Shown: piece by piece, positions 24,201 to 36,879 of the stretch
Position numbering within the stretch: the stretch's first letter is position 1
How the letters are laid out: the number at the start of each line of letters is the position of its first letter
From: Macrostomum hystrix
Lineage: Eukaryota; Animalia; Platyhelminthes
NCBI GenBank assembly: GCA_950097015.1
Contig: CATNEN010000001.1
Coordinates: 3,534,001-3,598,000 of the forward strand
DNA length: 64,000 nucleotides
Reading direction: 5' to 3'
Notes under the pieces: model-generated
The model's database searches: none
What the model saw: the letters and a program-made list of their open reading frames with translations, nothing else
Told to the model about the DNA's origin: nothing
Made by a program: the position numbers and the translations under genes

Positions 24201-25231
24201 CTTCAGGGTAGGTGGCGGAGCTTCAGGGTAGGCAGCCGAGCTTCAGGGCAGGCAGCAGAGCTTCAGGGCAGGCACCAGAGCTTCAGGGTAGGCAGCCGAG
24301 CTACAGGGCAGGCAGCGGAGCTACAGGGCAGGTGGCGGAGCTTCAGGGTAGGCAGCCGAGCTTCAGGGCAGGCAGCGGAGCTTCAGGGCAGTTGGCGGAG
24401 CTTCAGGGTAGGTGGCGGAGCTTCATGGTAGGCAGCCGAGCTACAGGGCAGGCAGCGGAGCTACAGGGCAGGTGGCGGAGCTTCAGGGTAGGCAGCCGAG
24501 CTACAGGGCAGGTGTCGGAGCTTAAGTGTAGGCAGCCGAGCTACAGGGCAGGCAGCGGAGCTTCAGGGCAGGTGGCGGAGCTACAGGGCAGGCAGCAGAG
24601 CTTCAGGGTAGATGGCGGAGCTTCAGGGTAGGCAGCCGAGCTTCAGGGCAGGCAGCGGAGCTTCAGGGCAGGTGGCGGAGCTTCAGGGTAGGCAGCCGAG
24701 CTACAGGGCAGGTGGCGGAGCTTCAGGGCAGGCAGCCGAGCTACAGGGCAGGCAGCAGAGCTTCAGGGCAGGCAGCAGAGCTTCAGGGCAGGCGGCGGAG
24801 CTTCAGGGCAGGCGACGGAGCTTTAGGGCAGGCAGCGGAGATTAAGGAATAGACAGCGGAGTTTCATGGCGGGCAGCCGAGCTACAGGGCAGGCAGCAGA
24901 GCTTCAGGGTAGGCAGCCGAGCTACAGGGCAGGCAGCGGAGCTACAGGGCAGGTGGCGTAGCTTCAGGGTAGGCAGCCGAGCTTCAGGGCAGGCAGCGGA
25001 GCTTCAGGGCAGGTGGCGGAGCTTCAGGGTAGGCAGCCGAGCTACAGGGCAGGTGGCGGAGCTTTAGGGGAGGCAGCCGAGAATCAGGGCAGGCAGGGGA
25101 GCTTCAGGGCAGGTGACGGAGCTTTAGGGCAGGCAGCGGAGATTAAGGAATAGACAGCGGAGCTTCAGGGCAGGCTACGGAGGTTTAGGGCAGGCAGTGG
25201 AGCTTCAGGGGAAGACAGCAGAGCTTCAGGG
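18231..25231. repeat. 7-kb 20-bp GC-rich satellite (GGAGCTTCAGGGCAGGCAGC variants), about 350 units
   Basis: Seen directly. Block duplications of 621 bp (20326/20947) and 2204 bp (21708/23912). Recurrent marker variant GAGATTAAGGAATAGACAGC. Confidence 0.97.
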
Positions 25232-25374
25232 GAGTCAGAAGTTTTTTTTGGAAACAGTGGAGCTGTGCGTAGAGAATGACCAATTCTGTACTGTCTACCC
25301 TAATGACCTTCTCTAATGACCAATTAAGCTTACCAATGTCAACTCATATTTATCCAATTTTATGTGCATTTCAG

Positions 25375-27020
25375 ATGCGCTTCAGGAAAGCATCGAAGTG
25401 GAATGTTTTCATTGCCGAAAATTATAAAAATACTAGAGGCTCGTTTCCAGGTGATTTTATGCGTACTTAACTGTCGGACGCTAAATTTGCAAGTTGCTTA
25501 TTAATTAATAGCTTTTCTTAAAATCTTTAGACCGCATCAATTATCTGAAAACGGCCTTCAAGCAATTAAGGCCAGACCAGTTGGTCGAATTGAAGCGTAA
25601 AGCGCTGCTTCGTTCTGATGGTTTAGTGTCCGAATGCTCGCATACTCAGATAAAGCTTATGGCCAGGCAGCTTGTATGAAATCTTATTTTCATTTTCTTG
25701 GTGCTAATTTACTGTAGGAAAGTTTTTCTGAGTGCCTTATGCTTTGGTGTTACATGTATTATGTAAATCATTGAAGAATTGATGCATATTAATCTATTCA
25801 TTTCCACACCTAGTTACCAATTGCATGAAATTTTCTGTTTCATACGTGAATTATTTTTTTCGCAGATGCGAGTTTGCGAAACTGAAAACGCCGCCCTGTC
25901 AGCTTGCATTCGTTTGCCTTCCGGCAAACTTCTTTCGTACGAAACGTCAAATGTAGCCGGCGAGCTAATTAAATCTGGGCTTGTTGAAGTGAGATGTGAC
26001 ATTTAGCAAAAACACTTAAATATTTGTTCTGTGGGCATAATTACAAAGTTTACTGAGTATTTGTTTCTTTCTTACAGAAAATATTTGAAAAAACAAATTC
26101 GACAACGCGGTTTTCGGCTATCGCCCTCCGAAAAAAGGTCAGCTTTAGCCTTTTGAAAGCTTTTGGTAAGTTTTTTTTTAAAAAAGCATCCGGAATGATT
26201 TATAAAATTAGAAATATGATGAGAATTAGGACAAAAATATTTCATACGGTCACGGTGTACGGTGTAACAAAAAATAGTTCTGCAAACGATTAAGTGTTGT
26301 CTTTAATCTGAGAGGTAGCGTAATTAGGTTATTATTAAGCAAATTTTGTCATGAATTTACGTAAGTGCACTCAATCATCGCACAAAATGTTTTGGTTGTA
26401 GTATATATATTTTCTAATGTGTGCTGTGTAGAAATATTTTTTCCGTCGTCATTTTTAAAAGGCATAAGCCTATAAGCCTTTAAGCTTTAGTAGTCTATTA
26501 TGCTATGGCACAGTATGACAGTATTGCTCATGAGTCATGACTTTTCGCTGTATCCTTTTTAGTTAAAGGTGGCGGCGCCGGAAAGCTCACGTACCAAAAG
26601 TATGCGAAGCATTGGATTAACTGGCCAGCTGGCATACCGACCGACCGACCCCCTAAGAAGCTAAGTGCCGAACAGCTCCAAGCCATTTGGGAGTGTATAA
26701 GAAATATACAGTTCTCAATAAATCCAATTGAACAATCCAATGACAATCACGGCCCCAGCGGCAGTGGCTTTGTCCAGCCAGTCCGCGTGGGCAGCGGCAG
26801 CAATGGCGGTAGCGTTGTCCAGCCAGTCCGCGTGGGCAGCGGCAGCAATGGCGGTGGCGTTGTCCAGCCAGTCCGCGTGGGCAGCGGGAGCAATGGCGGT
26901 GGCGTTGTCCAGCCAGTCCGCGTTGGCAGCAGCGGCCAAATTATTCGCGTTGGTCGTGGGGGTAGCAGCGGCGGTCTGATCGTGCGTATTGGCTGCAGTG
27001 ACAGCAAGTATGTTTGTTAA
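25375..27020 (+). CDS. Five-exon gene, about 295 aa: N-terminal HMG-box-like domain, WPAGIP-containing domain and 13-aa repeat tail
   Basis: Exons 25375-25450, 25531-25673, 25866-25988, 26078-26165 and 26563-27020 all have GT-AG borders and compatible phases, giving 888 nt without an internal stop. RKASKWNVFIAENYK...DRINYLKTAFKQLRPDQLVELKRKA has an HMG-box pattern. Confidence 0.75.
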
Positions 27021-29485
27021 AAATGGTTGTGGGGCTAATTCGCTGAGCTAGGTACGAAGAAGACGCCAATGCGCCTTTTATTGGGTCTTTTGTAAACCAA
27101 TCAATGAACAACGTTTTTATGTTCCATCTGTTTTAAGGTGTGCAAACTGCATTCGCATTTGTAAATCAGTTTACAAAATATTGTCATCATTTTAAATATA
27201 CGCCCTTCACAGACTACACTGTAGTGGATTCATTACACACTAGTACTTCCGGAATTGCATAGATACCCAGCGTTGAGTCAGATGACTATGGAGGCGCAAT
27301 TTTTTGCCCTAAGCCGCCCTTTGATAAAAATTATGGTCTTAAAACTGAAATGGTCCGTTTTGATCTTTTATTTTAGCGCTGACTGCCACTGTGCTGACTA
27401 TGGGGTAGGGGCTGTGATAGCTATATTATATGTTATAGACATCGGGAGCATCATGCTGTCGCATAGTTCTAATTGAACTATGAACGTATTGAACTATGTC
27501 GCAAAGCTTTACTCTTCATGCCCGTGTACACGTCTGTACATACATTTAAAGCGTCGGTAATCTATGAATGTTAAATTTTCATCGGCCATTCATTTCTGGC
27601 TGATTTATTATATCAGCTTGTTGGTAATTAGAAAGGGTTGTCTACTGTTAACGCAAGTTAATGGCTGCGCGGAGATGTCAGCCCTTCCTCTCAGCCGTCG
27701 GCTCTCTTAGCTTTCCGTTGTCTGACTCTCCCTGTCGTCTGCTAACATGGCGCAGCCAGTAAAAATACATGTATAAAACTGCTACTATGGAGCCTGGCTA
27801 GCCGAATTACTGTGTCGGATGCATACGAATTACTTCCCAAGTCTGGATACTTAATTTTGCATCTGATGTACACGTAACATGACACTGGCGTCATTGATGC
27901 CTGAGCTGCTGGATTCGAAGACAAAATACTTTTCTTCTCGCCTAACCCCATGTTGAGATACTTGTATGGTGGTGCATGTACATGTAGCTGAAGAGGTGAC
28001 TAGCGACTAATGTGGCCTGAGCTGCAGTCAACGGCACTGGAGCTGCAGTGCTGCAAGGGGTTACATGTAGATGTAGTTAGCCTAATGAGACCCAAATTCG
28101 CGCAAATAAGCCTTACAATACACACGGCTGGATAGAAGCCACTTCCTAATACCGGCAGCGGCATATAAAGTCATCGCACACTGAATGTAAATTGCATAAT
28201 AAATTGCATGCAATATTTTAAGCGTAATGGGTCTATATAAGAGTATTTGTGTAATGGCTCGCCGTGGATCGGAAATCCGGCGTGGCGGGTGCATATCTGC
28301 ATCATAACGTTTTAGCCAATGAACCTATTATGTGACTTGCAGCATTTGGTTTCTCTTCAAAATGTAGCAAGAAATTAAAGGCACTATACTAGACACTATA
28401 CTAGCATATCTGTCTCTTAGGGTTAAAAAACTGCATTGCGAAATACCACACTAGAACAAGTAACCAGGGAAATAGCTGAAATTTTAGCGTCAGTTTCTCA
28501 CAGATTAATACGCATATTTTTTGTTTTCGTGCAAACAATGACGCGATACTCAGTGATCAGATCAATATACGTCGAGCAGTATCGGTATACACTCTGACCA
28601 ACTTCCATCACCAGGCGCCTGTCGGTCGAGGCTCGCTTTAACATGTGCTTGCAGTGTTTCTCTTCTGACTAATGTCTCGCAGTGATGGCGCCCGCCTTTA
28701 GGGGGGTTATATAATACGCTAAAAAGGAGTAATGACAATTAATGGTCAATGGTTCACCAATCGTAAAAGTGCCCTCGGTCAAAACATTGGTGCACTTGTA
28801 GCCGTTCTTTACTACATTGCTCCCAAATCTAAGTGAGAAATAGTCATACGCTCGTACGAAGTAGACAATGGGACTTTCCAGGCGGTAAGAAAATAATGCA
28901 TTTACTTAAGTTAAAGCATGCTTTTGGACTGACTCAACTTTATAAACCGTCAAAAGCATGCATTATATATATTATTTATATCAAAGCTACTGAGGATAGA
29001 AAAAAAATCCGATTTTTAGTTATAGTGACTTTCCTGCAGCCAGCAGTCCCTGTCATCTCGCTATGTCTGATTCAAATGTATAACTTCAGTGGCTACAGGT
29101 AAATGTACGTTGATCGGGGTTGACTTCAGCAGGCTGTGGCGATCGTTTGCCTGCGGAAATTTTTTCTGCCGGTGTCATCAAGTTTGGGGCGCGCCGAAGC
29201 TCCTTATACTGATGGCCTCTGTGCATCACGCACTTCGCAAGCCTCGTTGCTGAGCGGGCCCTGTAATGGTAAATATTCTGGCTCTATGGGTTGAATGGTT
29301 TCTTTCGCTGAAACGGATCGCTGCACTATTTTTAGGGCTTCGTTTTAATTGTTTGGCGGTTTGGCTTTGACAGCAAGCAAACTTTTATCTTCTGTATAGT
29401 TGCACTGCTTCCTACTGATGCAGCCGCAGTCACATCTTTTGCTCAGTCCAACTTATACGAGTAATAAGGATCTGTACGTGAGCAT

Positions 29486-29918
29486 CAGAGGGTGGATTGA
29501 GGGGGCAGCCGCCCCCTAAAATTTCGGTCAGGGCTTTATGGCGTCCCCACCGACGCCCACACCGACCTTACGGAAAGGATTCAACTAGGTCCCCAAAGCC
29601 TGACAAAGCCTACCCCGCCATTGGCGCCCCCATCTGCGATGTCATTGGTGCCCCCATCTGCGATGTCATTGGTGCCCCCATCTGCGATGTCATTGGCGCC
29701 CCCCATCTGCGATGTCATTGGTGCCCCCATCTGCGATGTCATTGGCGCCCCCCATCTGCGATGTCATTGGTGCCCCCCCATCTGCGATGTCATTGGCGCC
29801 CCCCATCTGCGATGTCATTGGTGCCCCCCATCTGCGATGTCATTGGCGCCCCCCATCTGCGATGTCATTGGTGCCCCGACAGTCCGCCCCCCAAACAGAA
29901 TTCCTGGATCCGCCACTG
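29486..29918. mobile_element. hAT-type MITE-like insert with internal 24-26 bp tandem repeat
   Basis: Ends CAGAGGGTGGATT... and ...GGATCCGCCACTG (imperfect TIR). TTGGTGCCCCCATCTGCGATGTCA about 10 times at 29620-29878. No clean TSD. Confidence 0.55.
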
Positions 29919-30399
29919 TTCCGCATGGATGATGCTGTACATTACTCCTGGAACATAAAAAATTGAATGCCAGTCTACTACGGCCTAGGAGGGAAAAGGC
30001 AGACATATTTGCCTGTAACTCTTTTATTTCGACTCGAACAAGCTTAGGGACGTCGAAATTCGACTTTACGCGTCGAAATACATCGGATTAGGTGTACTTG
30101 ATTTTTTTCCAAGTATCTGACCGAACTCGGTTGTTAGTAGGGGTCTATGAGTTTGACTAGCCACTTTCGCAAAGTCACTAGGAACCAATGAAAAATGCCA
30201 ATCACATGTGATATTGATTTTGGACAAACGCACGTCGATAGAGCATGTCTAGAGCTTGCTAATGACACCAAGATCGTCGATAAATACCCACCAGAAGGCT
30301 GTCAAATGATGTCTAGAGTGTCAGAGGTACCTCCTTATGGATGGCGCTATGAGTCGATTATGACGATTTACTAGACCGGCTGCCAGCAGACAACGAATG

Positions 30400-30905
30400 C
30401 AGATCTACAGACGAAATCAACGACATCCGACGCGCCATTTATTGGCCTACCAGACGACATCAGTCTCATCTCTCTAAATATAGCGGTTCTCAAATGGGGT
30501 CCGCTCAAAGTCGGTACACCCCTGCCTGGCAAGACTAGTCTTTTTGATGGTACCACTGACAAAGTGATTTCGTGATGCCCCTTAATTTTGATGGATCTCG
30601 ATGGGATTTAATTTCCCGTACTCTGGGATAGACGTAGAAGTGATCCCTGTCGAAATCCGGGGTCAATTAGTAAGCCTGCGGCGTCAAGAATGTTTCCGCA
30701 ATTGTAGTGTATATTTCCTATCTATTTCGTCAATTTTTCTAGGTGACATTCCAGGTTAATAAGTTCGAGTTGAGATCATTTGAAATCATGAAACCAACTC
30801 AGTCGTGTAGGAAATTGTTTCTAGATTGATTTCCAATCGAATCCGACTCGATAAACTGTGCTCAAATCTATTGGGACACCGACGACAGCCATATACTACT
30901 GACAG
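30400..30905 (-). repeat. Dispersed repeat family copy
   Basis: 30400-30685 resembles 48935-49225; 30733-30905 is the reverse complement of about 8120-8290. Confidence 0.75.
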
Positions 30906-31267
30906 TAGTACGAATGGATACCGTTTAAGATTTGAATATATATGTGCATGAGTACAGCTTGTTATACTGTATATGTAGAAACATAATACATGCATCATGT
31001 TAAAAGTCATCCCACTGGGTTAAAATTGCCAGAAACGTTTTTTCAGAACAAAATCGTAAAATGCATCATTTGCTAACTATTGTGTGTAGCGTTTATTATG
31101 TTTCCGAATCACCTCCAGAGCAACAAAAGGACTATTTGCTTGCAAATCTTGGTCTCTTTTCACTGAAAGCACTATCTACATTCTAATAACTACCTTAATT
31201 GTTAGTTGTTGAGCCTAAAGTTAATTGAGTTAGTTAGTTGAGTTAAAGTTAGTTGAGCCTAAGGCAG

Positions 31268-31452
31268 TATCTATACTCTCTGAATCCCTGCTTTCCCCAG
31301 GTCTACTATACTCTCTGAATCCCTGCTTTCCCCAGGTCTACTATACTCTCTGAATCCCTGCTTTCCCCAGGTCTACTATACTCTCTGAATCCCTGCTTTC
31401 CCCAGGTCTACTATACTCTCTCAATCCCTGCTCTACTTTCAGAATCCCTGCT
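31268..31452. repeat. 35-bp tandem repeat, about 5 copies
   Basis: TCTACTATACTCTCTGAATCCCTGCTTTCCCCAGG with period 35. Confidence 0.9.
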
Positions 31453-31793
31453 TACCGCATCTCTAGCTTTTGTATGAACTTATCAAACGATGAAATAAAA
31501 AAAGTTTCCGAACCAAAACCAGCACATATTGACGAGTAAACCGTAGAAAACTGCATGTTTTTACATTAAAAACAAAATGCAACGCTCCAACTAGTTTCTT
31601 CTCAGTATTATTCTTCTTGTCCAAGCTATTAATCTCTCAGCAATGCTATTTTGTCTAATAACAAAGAGGCTAACAGTGTTAAAGCAAGCATTACGGAAGA
31701 GGAAATACAGTAAATACAGGAAATACGTTGGGACACAGTAAAAGTTAGTGGCAGTGTTCATGGAAGACAAAGCGCCTGTAACTGTTTCATGCG

Positions 31794-34700
31794 TCACACA
31801 TCTTCCTCGTCATCTTCGTCGGTAGTATTAATGGAATCCTCGTCAGAAGACTCCTCGGGTTGCGATCGCGAAGTCTCTGATGGAGCATTTAAGATTGGTA
31901 CGAACGTTAAGGAGGTTAAGGAGGTTGAGGTTACTAGCTGTTAAAATCTATGGAATTGATACCCACAGAAAAGAAATTATTGTAATTATTCTGGGATTCA
32001 AAATCTCTTCTACAGCATATCCATTCTTCCGCAGAATTAGATATTCTAAATACATATACATACATAAACTTGGGACAACACACGGAGATACAGTTTTAAT
32101 TTTTATATGTTTAGATACGACGTAACTGAATCAGAGCAAATAAAAAATATATGACTGCTGTCATTAGCGACCCGCACATTAACTTGCTGACCTAGGCGCT
32201 GAAAATGGACACGCAAAATTTGACGGATGAATAAAAAACAGCCTGATTTACCTGTAGAAAGCTGCAAGGACAGCAGTGACGTAAAAATAACCTTCTCAGA
32301 GGAAAACATAGCAGCGTGGCGTCTAATTAACTGTTCGATACCGCTCGCTCGGAGATAAAGTAGTGTTGTCTTGGGGCCGCCAACTTGGCAATCCAACTCA
32401 GTGCGCGTTCGAAGCAACGCGTTGGCGAAAAAAAGGACGCGCGCCTCACTTCCTTGCGCACCAGAGCTGCCTCCTCGCTAATCCTCAGATGAAGCTGCAG
32501 AAGCTTTACAGCCTGCCGCTTTTGCGCATAATCCGGGTGACTGCCTTCTAGGCTGTTGGACCAGATAGATGCCAGATCAATCGCAGCATTTGGTGGGGAG
32601 CTTGCGTTGTGCTGTCGGACAAGTGCTTGAGCCTTTGCCGTCAACTTGCTCAGGGTTCTATTGAGAAGCCGATTAAGCTTCTGGCCAGTTTCTGCTGCTG
32701 CATGCCGAATAAGAAATGCCCGCTCACTGGCCAACTGCTGCAGCTTAAAGCGGACATCCTCGGTTGGCGACCTTCTAGTCAGCTTGATAGTATCGTCTTT
32801 TAGAGATAAATTTGACAGCTCCTGCTGCCAAGTTCGGCATATTGCTAGAAACTCGGAAGTATCACCTGAAATAAAAAATGAGCTGCTGAATATTCACCTA
32901 TCCACCACCTACTAATTAGCTAGAGTTCTGACAGAAGGTCGAAACGGCTCTAAAAAGGTTTGGCACTCCTACAGTTAAATACTAATTTGAATTTTGAATT
33001 TCAATAACTAATTTTGAGTCGGTATAAGAGCATTTATAGAGCACCGTAGAGGACTCGAGCCCCAGTGGGTGAAAAGCGATAATCACACAATGTAACATAG
33101 TCTAACGGAAAACCCACAGGTCATGCCCGCAGCCAAGCAGAATCGGCGGACTTCTGATTGAAAGCGATGCAAGCTTTTCGTCTCGACCTTGCTACGATGA
33201 TGCAGCCAGGAACCTGGGGGATAGGATATATAGTGGTTAGAGTAGACGAGTTAATCATCTCGAAAATTCTCTAACCAACGTCTCAGCGTTATAAGCGTAG
33301 GCACGACATATTTCATTTTTTTCTAATGCGGGTTTTCAAGCAAAAAACTTTCATTATTAAGCATCTCACATATCGTGACGGTTACTAGACACTTGACCTG
33401 ATTGAAGCGCGAATGGTCCATGCCTTGGTTGACCGCTATCTGTGTCTATCGTAGAATGCGAGGAACTTACTAGTGGGATTCATGGAATTCAGACGACTGC
33501 TGTACTGAACTGGTGCAGTTCTGATAATGGAAACTACGCTATTCGAAAATACGGGAGAGACGAAATTAGGGGTGTTATCCAGATATCTAGATAAAATATC
33601 TCAGAAAATTATGCGACAATGATACAGAAATATTGGGCATGAAATCCACGGCCTGTGAGTCCTATGAGCCCAACGGATCTCTTCTCAGCGTATTAATCAG
33701 TCTTTTTAACGGTCGCAATAAGACTGTCTTTTCTGAGTATGTATAATACAGAGTAACTAAGCTAGCTTAACACAAGCGAGATAGACACGACAAACAGGCA
33801 AAGTGGATTACATACAAAAAATTATCTGGTGCTATCTTAAACCATGTCAGGATAAAAATCGAAAGAAAATACTTTCCCTTTAACAACTAGCTGGTAATCT
33901 AAAATATGATTATATCGCTATACACTCGTAAGCAGGCAGAAGAAATTGGATTAAAAATGACCTAATCTGCCCAGAAAATGCTTAAAAGGCAAGGTGTACG
34001 TATTATTAAATATAACCGATTTACTTATAGTGATAATAACGTCGAAGTTGACTGAATTCGCCCAATTGTTTAGAAATTCGCGTCTGTTCACATGAGTCAT
34101 CTCCTTGAGCTGTGGGCCAAAGCGACGAGACATGGACCAAAGACGCTCGCAGCTTTCCCCGTCAGTGAGACCAACTCCAGTTTTATTTCGAATCCCGAAC
34201 TTTGTCTGGCAGGCCTCCTGATGACCATAGGCGTGGAAGGCCGGAATAACAAAGCTGACCCGAGGATCGCTGAAGTGGCCGGCCAGCTTGCACCCGATGT
34301 CGTATGAAACAACGAGTTTTTGATCCGGGTGAGCCTTTTCCAAGGCTTTCGTCACCATAGCCTTCGAGTAAGCGAGTCTAGATAAAAAGGTAAAACTTTA
34401 AATTTCATTAGTCGTCTAATTGACGAGTTAGTGTTTACGCATATGGAAAAATTAATTGAATTACTTAAAGTAGCATACTTTTAAATATCCCAGCTGCATC
34501 TCTTGGATTTGTTACTTACTCGAGACTCTCACTCGGATTATTTCGACACTAATTTATCTTAAACATGACCATTATTTACATAAATAATTTGCACAAAGGA
34601 AAAACAAGACCTTTCTCCAGGTGTAGTCACGTCAGCCAAATAGACGACCGATGAGTGTCTACAGGAGCCGCAGAATAGCCCAAACACATCCAACTTTCGC

Positions 34701-36749
34701 CTGTCTGATGCGGTAGCGAGATCCTGACCGCGACCCCCCGCCTTCCAGTTCGGGCAATGCGACTCGCTCGGCTCCTGTGGAGTGCCAAGGTCGACGTCAA
34801 CGAAAAACCCTGAGGCAGGAGGAGGAGACGCTTTGCCAGCCAGGCTGCGGTGTCGAAACCCAAAGCAGGCGTCAAGCATTAAAAATGTTGGGGCTTCTAA
34901 CATTTCGACGCTCGTGGACTTAGCTGTGACTGCTGCTACTGGCGCCGAAACTGTCAGCGGCTCCTGTGATAACAAGAGAGAACATGATCATAACTTTAGG
35001 AGCTGAAAAAAGAAACGTATACAAGCAACTTTTTTAAACGCACATACCGTGTAACAGGATGGACATGAGGCATATTTGTCCCAGCGAATCTGCTGCAACA
35101 TTCGTCGGAATGCGCGAAAGCTTCCAGATGTATTCAACGCGCGGAATAAATTAATCTGAAATACAAAAAAATTGTACAGTCTATCTAATATAATCTACGG
35201 TAACTTAAAATTAAGAAATCTAAAGTATGCGAAATTATAATACTTTTTTTCTTTTCTGTAACGCCAGTCAAATATATATATATATTAATATAAAGTAACC
35301 ATCTATATTGATTTCTCATTAAAAACAAGTGATTACTCGTGTCGGTGAGCCGAGCCAGATAGAACTCTTGGTGTGCCTCATGGCACTGCACAGCGACGAA
35401 AGAGACGCAGTGCATCGAGATGAAATGCTGTCCAGGGCGAGAATAACGTTGAAGTGTATCGCAACGACTTCTCTGGAGTTATCCGAGAATGGCTTTGTTG
35501 GCCAAAAGCCATGGGACAGTAGATTGTCGACAAAGCTAATGCAAGCGCATTCCTCAACTGTAAGCGGAATATCTTCACCTGAAAAATGTACCGATCATTG
35601 AAAGATTGCCTAAAAAACGTAACTGGATACATCGCTTTTAGTTCTTGGTAGTACCCTTTAGTTAAGTTTATTCATCTGTCTTTTAGATGCGTAACTTTTG
35701 GATCCACCTGACCGACCTTGAAAATGGTACATCGCTATCGATTCAGAGGCATCGCGTGATGCTATTTCGTCCAATAGCGACGAATAGCGACATTAACTTG
35801 CGTAACCAATTAGATGATTATTACCTACATAATAGTTACCTAATCACAACCTAGGTGATTCCCAAGGTTGCGCCAATATACATGTTTTTTCTGCTACACA
35901 TAATTAGCAAAATAGTAGGAGAAAGCCATTTCGTAGGAAAAATAAACATTGAAAAGTCCCATACCTTCTTCATTCACTGCAGTTACAGGTTGGACAGTAA
36001 CAATTGAGCAAGTACATAGCTAGCGCCTGGACAGACGCACGGGAGCAATAATTGTCTCAAAACGATGACCCTAGAGTAGTAAGGAGCCCAATGAAAGTAA
36101 AATTGCTCGACACATCATGTACATTTGAAACAGACACAAAAGCAACTTACGGTCCACTTCCGCACTACATGCGGTGGATTGTGGGAATGAGCTGTCTTCA
36201 GACAATTATCGCAGACCTCCAGAAGATGACATTTCTCGCAGCGGAACACTTCCGTTGTTTTCCCACAGATGGAGCAGGCAGGAGATAAGTGAGAGAAATA
36301 GCTTGCAAAACCGTTCTCAAGTTCCCTCGACAAGCCTAACCATCCTGCCTCCTCCTTGTCGCGACGGATGTCGTATCTACTGGGCTCTGGTTCGCTGATG
36401 TCCTCTGGGGTCATAGAAGATCCATCTGCCACATGCGAATCAACAGCACCCGAAGAACTGAAAAAGTCAAGTAATCCAGTAGTTGAAAATTTAAAAATGC
36501 TTGCCCTCGTAAATGCACAAATAAAATTTCTAGAAAGAAAATTATTGTAACAGTGATATAATCATAGTTGTGTGTGATTGTGCTAGAAGAAACTTGTGCA
36601 CAAAGAAAACTTATCTACATGTGTGATAAAAAATACTTAATTACTACATACCTTGGCACTTGGAGAGAATCTGTCCAAGGCACTAGAACAGTTCTTTTTC
36701 TTGCCTGGTGCACTTCTAACTTCCTTGTCAGATGATATCGTTTTGGCAT
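31794..36749 (-). pseudogene. Multi-exon KDZ transposase with N-terminal CxC cysteine cluster and one in-frame TAG
   Basis: Inferred exons: 36749-36652, 36457-36151, 36070-35965 (TAG at 36022-36020), 35578-35337, 35155-35048, 34963-34611, 34377-34025, about 32865-32342, 31937-31794. One exon may be missing between 34025 and 32865. Motifs CSIC..FRCEKC...CDNC...H...H..RKW, LDACFG, CPNWKA, GLFCGSCRH, GERLAY, YDIGC, IPAFHAYGH...CQ, GLTDGESCERLWS. Confidence 0.88.
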
Positions 36750-36879
36750 TTTCTAAAGTTAGAATATACAGAAACAAAAATTACTTGAAATTAACATGAG
36801 GCCTAGGATTAAATCTCCATAGAACAAGGAATTTGTTAAAAAAGAATATTAAACATAAAGTACCAGCTTTTCCAATATG

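Noticed and set aside
18274-24845. Many long ORFs (AELQGRWRSFRAG...)
   Set aside because: They are translations of the 20-bp satellite in all frames, with no protein-level signal.
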